Shown: positions 34,707 through 42,452 of the stretch, one piece after another
Layout of the letters: every line of letters starts with the position of its first letter
Numbering within the stretch: position 1 is the first letter of the stretch
Assembly: GCA_050613775.1 (NCBI GenBank)
Contig: JBODTK010000135.1
Location: 434,001-476,452 of the forward strand
Source: Neocallimastix sp. 'constans'
Taxonomy: Eukaryota
Direction: 5' to 3'
DNA: 42,452 nucleotides
Made by a program: the position numbers and the translations under genes
The notes under the pieces: generated by a model
Database searches by the model: none
Told to the model about the DNA's origin: nothing
Seen by the model: only the letters and a program-made list of their open reading frames with translations

Positions 34707-35164
34707 TCAAAAACTTCCACGACGAGCAAGTTGTTCTCTTGCAGATGTTTGAAATGGATACTCTTTCGACTAAATACATATTATAAATATTATTATATTA
34801 AAAAATAATATTAAATAAATAAAATCATTAAAATTTTTACTTTTTATAAATATAATAATTATTTTTACTCTCTTTGCTTCTTCTTTTGTTAAAGGTTTAA
34901 CTAATATAACAATTAAGATAAAGCAAACAGTTAAGAAGATAAATGTATATAATAAGTTATGCTACAAATAAAATAATTATTCATGAATAATGTTAATTAA
35001 GAATCTTTAATAAGTCCAACTTAAAAATACATACATACTTTATTTTGAATTGAGGAATAATCAGTAAAAATTGAAGCGAATGCTTGAAAGAAATTTAAAT
35101 ATGAAAAAAGATATCCAATTAAAAATGAAAAAGTTAATAAAAATACTAATGAAGCACTTGACAT
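34707..35164 (-). CDS. 93-aa two-transmembrane protein with a DPM3-like C-terminus, 3 coding exons
   Basis: Exons 35039-35164, 34869-34961, 34707-34769 (all phase 0, GT-AG) give MSSASLVFLLTFSFLIGYLFSYLNFFQAFASIFTDYSSIQNKHNLLYTFIFLTVCFILIVILVKPLTKEEAKRSKEYPFQTSAREQLARRGSF*. The ATG directly follows CAG, so an upstream exon may exist. The gene is well supported; its identity is tentative. Confidence 0.75.
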
Positions 35165-36645
35165 CTGATATTTACAGAAATGATAATGCTGTATGTAAAA
35201 ATATTATTATCCGGGTGTGATTTATTATTTTTATTTATATTTTTTAAAAAAAAGGTCTAACAATATACTGAAATATACTAATAATTGAAATAAATTAATA
35301 ATAAAAATTATGTTATTAAATATAATGATAAAATAATATATATATATATATTTCTAAATCATATTTTTTCATCGAAATTTTAACTTCTTTTTCCAAATAC
35401 TTACTATTTTATTAAATTTTTAAAATACCTATTATATTAAATTTTTAATAAAATTCTTTTTTTTTTATATAAATAATATTAACAAGTATTATGTACTTTA
35501 TTATAGAATTTCCCTTCAAAAAAATAAAAACTATATATATAAAGTATATTTTTATTCTTGAAGATAAAAAAAAAAATCCAATTTACTAATCAATTCTTGT
35601 TTATATACATATATATATGTAAATTGTTTGTTTGTAATTGATTATTATCTATTTAAATAATATTAATTTATTTATTAAAAAATATTTATTTATTTATTAC
35701 TTAATTTCTATTTTATTTAAAAGGATGACAATAATAATAATAATTGCTATTTATTTTTATAATATTAAAATATTATTTATTAATATTTATTGAAATTACT
35801 ATTTCATTTTAAATTTAGATTTCAACTTTACATTTTAAAGTACAAAAAAAAAAAAAAAAATAAAATAAAATAAAATAAAGTATATATATTATTAATTAAT
35901 GAAAAATAAATCTTTTATATATTGTATTTAATTATTTATTATCCAATTTAATTTAATTTAATATATATATATATTATATATTTTGAGTATGGAATAAAAA
36001 CTTTATTAATAAGCAAAATCAAAATCCTTATTATTATAGTTTTATCGAATTATTTTAAATTAATAATTTGAAATACATTTTTATTAATAAATATTTTTCT
36101 ATTTTATTTCAAAAAATAACATCACTTTTAAATTTTAAATGAATATATATGTATTATTAAATATAATAATAATACAATTAAATATACAACATTAATAATA
36201 TTAATGGCAAACAAAAAATTAAACCAATAATTATGTTTTATTATTAATTATCAAAATTTTACTTTATGTTCGTTGGGATTACTACAACTCAAATTAATAT
36301 TGATATTATTCTTTAAATATTAATCATATTTATATTAATATTTATTACAACAATAAATTTAAAGCAAAATAAAAATTATTATTATATATATTTATATATT
36401 TAATATTTGATTTGATTTCTTTTGATAGGTATAAACATATATCATTTATATACACATATATCTATATTTTTTTTCTTTAATTTTATATATATATATTTAT
36501 TAAATTTATAACTTTTTTATTTATATTAATTGTTATATTTATTCTTTTATATAAATTGAAATAAATTTAAATATAAGTAAATCATATCAATTAAAACTAT
36601 GTTTATTATTTTTTGCTATTTAAATTGATATTATTAATATTTAAA

Positions 36646-37154
36646 TTATAAAGAGTTCATGCATTCAGCTAATTTATCGAAGATTAATTTAGATTTTTCA
36701 CTGTCCTTCTTATAATGCTTTTCAACTAATTTTTGAAGGTCAGTTAAGAAGTGAGTCTTACGTTCAGCTTCGATTTCTTCAGGAGATTTTTCAGTATGAT
36801 GATGTTCCTTTGGTTTATCATCTTCAACTGGAAGTGGTATTGGTGTTGAAAGTTTTAATAAGTGAACAATTGACTTTTCCTTAATTGGATAATCTGTTAT
36901 ATTTTTTTCATTAGATAATGCTTTACCAGAAATAACTAAACGTTGGTATTCTGGTGGAATATCAAATTTTGGAGCGATTTCCTTCTTTAACTGAACAACA
37001 GAAGCAAATTTTGGAAGAGAAACAGAACAAGTTATTCCACCTTTTAGAGCTTTAACAGTAAAATTAATAGTATCGGTCGAATTAGCTTTATAAATAAAAT
37101 ATATATAAATATATATTAAAAATATTAATTAAAATATGTAATAAATAAAATTTA

Positions 37155-37185
<31 letters not shown>

Positions 37186-38267
37186 TTGGAAATTTAACAT
37201 ATTTTTCTTTTTTCAACACAAAAAAATATAATAATTATTATATTATGTATTTTATATATTGTTATCATTAAATAATGAATAATTTACAATTTTAAAATTG
37301 AAAAAAATTAAAGTTCAATATATGTATATCTATCTATTGTAAGATTTTATAATGATTTTAGATAATTATTAAATTGTTATTTCATTTTGAAAATATATAT
37401 ACTTTTAATTGTTTTAAAACAATATAATATGATAAAGCATTATAAATTAATAATATTAAAAATTGAAATGAATTAATTTTTTATTTTAGTATGCTTTATT
37501 ATTTTTCAAAATTAACTTTAGGAATTATATTTAATCTTCAGTTTTCTAATAAATATTGGAATTCAATTTATTCTTTTTTTTTACCCTTCCTATTCAAAAA
37601 GAAGTAATCGAATTTCCTTTTTAAAATTATCTTCATTTTTATAATTGATTTTTAATTTCTAAATAAAAATTTACAATTCCTCAAAAATATAAATACTATT
37701 TTATTCATACTAAATATCATTACTTAAAGTAATTTATTTTCAAAATATCATTTAATAAAAATAAAAAATATAAATATAAATATAAATATAATGATAATTC
37801 CAGTAATGTTTTCTTACTAAGCTTTTCTTGGTCTTGAGTTTCTGGCTATTTTTTTTGTTTTGTTTTGTTTTGTTTTTTTGTTTTTTGTTTTATAATTTTA
37901 TTAATAAATATTGATAATGAAGTTCACATATATAATATGTATTATGAATATAGTAATTAAATGTAAAAATGTTTATATTTAATATGGATAGTATCAAGTA
38001 AAAAATTAACATATACGAATATGAAATATTTATTAATATTATATAATTGAATATGTAAAATATAAATATTAAATTATTGAATATGTAAAATATAATAAAT
38101 AGTTATATTACTTTATATTCTCTTAACTCAAAAGGTTCAGATTGCTTTGGTAAAGCTGGAACTTTCGTTTCTGGGATAATATAATCATATGGATATTTAA
38201 TTGGAAGAGTAGCAATATCATCAATAATATCTGCTAAAAATTGAATTTCATTAAATACACTAGTCAT
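36646..38267 (-). CDS. GET5: Ubiquitin-like GET-pathway protein Get5/Mdy2 (UBL4A-like), 3 exons, ~207 aa
   Basis: Exons 38112-38267, 37818-37845, 36646-37085 (624 nt). The N-terminus EIQFLADIIDDIATLPIKYPYDY resembles the Get4-binding region. A central UBL (INFTVKALKGG..SVVQLKEEI..IPPEYQRLVISGKALSNEKNITDYPIKEKSIVHLL) is followed by a C-terminal helical dimerisation-like segment (FLTDLQKLVEKHY..KLIFDKL). Confidence 0.85.
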
Positions 38268-38794
38268 TTTTAATACTATTATTTGTATATTACTAAAAAA
38301 AATAATAACAACAATTAACTAAAAAATAATTTTTTTTTTTTTTTAAATTGAAAATGTAAAAAAAGAAATTTTATATTTAATCAAAATTTCAAAGTGTATA
38401 TCAATAAAAATAAAAACTATAAAAAAAACTTAAACGAATAGTGTTTATAAATTATATTAAATACAAATACATATAAATTACCTAACCCGGATTCAATATT
38501 TCAAATTTAAGATTTAATTTTATATTATAATTAATTATTTAATAACAATTTTTATTATTATGCATGTATATATTAAATTAAATTTTCATAATCCAAAACA
38601 TAAACTTGGATTTAATTAATAATTTCTTTACTATTTGTAATTAATTAAAGATGAATAGAATAAAATATATATATATATTTGAACTTCACCTTAGAAATAT
38701 TTATTCACTTGTTCATTAAAAATTGTTATTTATATTTTGTATGATAATTTAATTAATTTTAACAAAAACGTAAATCATTTAAATAAAAAAAACT

Positions 38795-38964
38795 TTTTTA
38801 TTTGAAAATTTTATAATATCAATATATATTTTTATTTGAAAATTTTATAATATCAATATATATTTTTATTTGAAAATTTTATAATATCAATATATATTTT
38901 TATTTGAAAATTTTATAATATCAATATATATTTTTATTTGAAAATTTTATAATATCAATATATA
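38795..38964. repeat. Perfect minisatellite, 5 x 34 bp (TTTTTATTTGAAAATTTTATAATATCAATATATA)
   Basis: Identical units start at 38795, 38829, 38863, 38897 and 38931, with no spacers. Confidence 0.97.
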
Positions 38965-39605
38965 TTATTTTTTTAAAAAATTAACTAAAAAATTAGTAAA
39001 TTATTAGAAATTGGTAGTTTATTATTTATAATAATTTACACAAATTGAATATGTATTTTAGATATATATAAAATATGAATTATAAATTATTTAGAAAAAA
39101 AATATATGAAAAATTTATTAATTTTTCATATATTTTTCAAAATAGATTAAGATAAATAGAAAAATTGTATTTTTTATGGTTTGATATATACTATGTTTTT
39201 TTTTTCATTAATATATGTGATGATTATTAAATCTTCTTTTTTATTCTTTAAATTCTATTTGCCAATGAAAAATGATCAAATTTTTTTACAGGATAAAAAA
39301 AAAATCATATTTTATAATTATTTAATAATTAAATAATAATTATTATAAGTTGATATTTTTTTTTGTGATTCATTATTATTAATAATTAATATTAGAAAAA
39401 TAAAAAAAAATTTATTTATTTTTTTTTTTTTTTTCTTTCTTAATTGAAATAAAATAGAAAAAATTAAATAGAAAAAAAATAAAAAAATAAAAAAATAAAA
39501 AAATAAACAAAATTAAAATTTTAAAAAATTATAGAATAAAAAGTAATATAAAAATAATAGAAATAAAATAGAATAATTTAAAAAAAAAAAGTGATAATAG
39601 TTAAA

Positions 39606-41678
39606 ATGAATTTAACTTCAAAGAAATTTTTATTAATTTGTTTATTTACTTTATTATTCATTACAACCGTCTTTGCTCAACAAGGTTTGAATTTCATTTC
39701 AAATTTTTAATAGAAATATGGGAAGAACTCAAATGAATAAAATCATTTTATTTTAATATTTACCAATAAGATTTTATTTTATTTAAAATAATTACTTATT
39801 AATTTTTTTTTTTTTTTTTTTTTGTTTGTTTGTTTGTTTGTTTATTTATTTAATCATTGTTTATTAATTAATTATATTTTATAAAATAAAATAAAAATAA
39901 AAAAAAAGATGATGACGATGAATATGTTCCAAATGAAAAAGTAGAACAAGAAATTCAAAAAGAATCCGAAAATGAACCTTTATTAAGTAAAGATGACGAA
40001 CCAGCACCAATTAATTACAATTCCCCATTAAATTTTTTCAAGGTTTTCAAGCTTGAAAATCCAATGGTTGAAATTTGTTTATTTTCAGTTCTAGCTGTAT
40101 ATCTTATTGTTTTCTATATCGGAAAAATTAAAAATGAAAAAATTGCTAAGGAATGGTTAATTAGTACTTATAAGATTTGGAAAGAAAACTTCGCTGAACT
40201 TGGTATTGATGATGCTAGTACTTTAGTTCGTGATGGTAATCATGAATTCTGGTATTATGCTACTGGTAGAAAACACTGTCAATCTGTTTTTACTCGTGTC
40301 AAAGTAATTAATTGAAAAAAAATAAAAATTAAAAAAAAATAATATATATATAAAATAATGCTTTATATAAATTTATTGTGAAAGTATTAATTTTGTGAAT
40401 GGAATTTTAATAAATACATATATATATTTAATTATTTAAATAGCTTTGTCCACGTCAAGATATCATCTTAACTGTTAGAAACTTTTTTAAACCAACTACC
40501 GATAAAATTGTATATATTAATTTTAAATATTTATGATTGTTATAACATTGATATATTTAATTTAGTATTATTCATTAAAAAATAACAATATAAAAGATAT
40601 TAATTAAAATTTATATTATTATTATTTATTTTGATTTTTTTAATAGGTTATGGAAGCTGTTTTAAATAAGAATGAAAGTGATGATTTTGTTTTTGCTCTT
40701 ATGGATAGAAAAATGGAAGGTGAAATCAAGAAGGGAAGATATGATTTGGTAAGTGGATGATAATAAAATTATATATTTTATATTATTATATGATTGCTAT
40801 TAATTAAATATGCATAAAAAATATAAAATATTTATAATTATTGTAAGCTTATTTATTTTTATTTATTTATTTTTATTTATTTATTTTTATTTATTTATTT
40901 ATTTAAAATATTAAAAATAGAAAAACTTCCCAAGAAGATACAAAGGTAACAATGCTCCAAATCCAATCGATTACACTGTTGTTACTGATGCCTTTGATTT
41001 TGCTTCCAGATTATTTGATAATACCTATGTTAAACATGCTCTTCAATTAAGTTTAGGTGAATTAGATAACCCAGTTTGTAAGAGTAATAACCCATGGATT
41101 GAATCTATTATTATTACTGATCAACCAACTACCGAACCAGAGTAAATATAAAATAATTAGTTAATTTCGTTTTATACAACTATATATCTAAATACAAATT
41201 TTGAAATAGAAATAAATTAAAAAAAATATATATATATATCAATTTTTATTTATTAATTATATGCTAATTTTAATTTTATTATATAATTATAATTTCAAAA
41301 ATAAAAAAAAAAAAAGTATTGACAAGATTTTATCTGAAGAACCACCATTACCACCAAACAAGACTCTTACTATTACTGCTAGAATTCCATCCAATTTCGA
41401 TAAAAAGAATGATGATATGGAAGCCATTGTTGTAGAATTAACTGAATTAATTATTCGTATTATTGATTTCATTGGTGAACATGGAAAAGTTGATAATGAT
41501 GTATGTTTTTTATTTCTTCATCTTCTCTTTATATAAATAACATATATAAATTTTGATATTATTAATTTTTAGTTATTGAATTCATTAAAAAAAAGAAAAA
41601 AAAGAAAAAAATTTTTTTTCTTTTTCAATTTCATGATAAATTTTAATTATTATTAACTAATCGATATATGTATATTTA

Positions 41679-41712
<34 letters not shown>

Positions 41713-42190
41713 TTGAAATTTTTAATCTTTTATTAAATATATAATATAGACTAGAAACAAATTAAAGAAGTCTAGAGATCAAGCTAAAGCTGCTATTACT
41801 CATAAAATTGAAGAAAAGAATAAAGAAGTAAGCTTTTTTTTTTTTTTTTGATTATTTATTTAATTTCTATTTGCTTAATAAAATGATTATTAGATAATAA
41901 AATTATTAAATAATAAAATATTAATAATATTAATATATATATATATTTTTTAATTAATAAAAACAAATAAACAAATATACAAACAAACAAACGAATAAAT
42001 AAAATAATTTATAAAATTTAATTTTATGTAGGAATTATCAAAGAAAAAGTTAGAACAAAAGCGTGCTCGTGCTAATGAAATAAAAAATATGAGTCCAGAA
42101 AAACAAAGAAAATATGAAGAAAAGATTCGTAAACAAGAACTTAAGAAATCACTTAAGAAAAAGGCAAGGAAAGGAAAAGTGATTGTTTAA
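39606..42190 (+). CDS. CCDC47: PAT complex subunit CCDC47 / DUF1682 ER membrane protein, 8 exons, ~427 aa
   Basis: Exons 39606-39684, 39909-40303, 40444-40509, 40647-40748, 40921-41141, 41317-41500, 41750-41827, 42032-42190 are in frame (1284 nt). Signal peptide, acidic lumenal stretch, single TM followed by GKIKNEKIAKEW, then FWYYATGRKHC, LCPRQD, DDFVFAL, RYDL, IIITDQP and a basic coiled-coil tail MSPEKQRKYEEKIRKQELKK. Confidence 0.92.
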
Positions 42191-42234
42191 GAGAGATAAA
42201 TGAAATTAATAAAAAAAAATATTAAAAATACTAC

Positions 42235-42277
<43 letters not shown>

Positions 42278-42452
42278 AACAAAGTAAAAGAATTAAAATA
42301 TAAAAATATAAAAATAATTAGAAAAAAAAATAAGATAAAAATAAAAAGAAATTATAGAAAATAAAAAAAAATAAAAATAAAAATAAAAATAAAAATAGAT
42401 TATAATATAATATAATATAATATAATATAATATAATTGCTACAATGAATATA

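Noticed and set aside
38795..38964. CRISPR-like array (34-bp repeat)
   Set aside because: Units are head-to-tail with no spacers, there are no cas genes, and the context is eukaryotic.

Overview
Extremely AT-rich, intron-rich eukaryotic genomic DNA. Composition, microsatellite load and gene style suggest an anaerobic gut fungus (Neocallimastigomycota); this is an inference. By manual GT-AG splicing with reading-frame checks I reconstructed seven spliced genes: SSF1/Peter Pan Brix-domain protein (+, 737-3260), a RasGEF CDC25-domain protein (+, 6805-10178), a ~1062-aa low-complexity orphan (-, 13627-17761), GPI1/PIG-Q with a large S/N-rich insertion (-, 28432-34410), a 93-aa two-TM protein with a DPM3-like C-terminus that the ORF track misses (-, 34707-35164), GET5/MDY2 (-, 36646-38267) and CCDC47 (+, 39606-42190). 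The last four form a run of ER membrane/GPI biogenesis genes. Non-genic DNA contains a decayed duplicate of RasGEF exon 1, a LINE endonuclease relic, a candidate solo LTR, a GC-rich structured island (candidate ncRNA), long hairpins, a perfect 5x34-bp minisatellite and large microsatellites. No tRNA, rRNA or CRISPR array was recognised. All family assignments come from motif recognition, not database searches.
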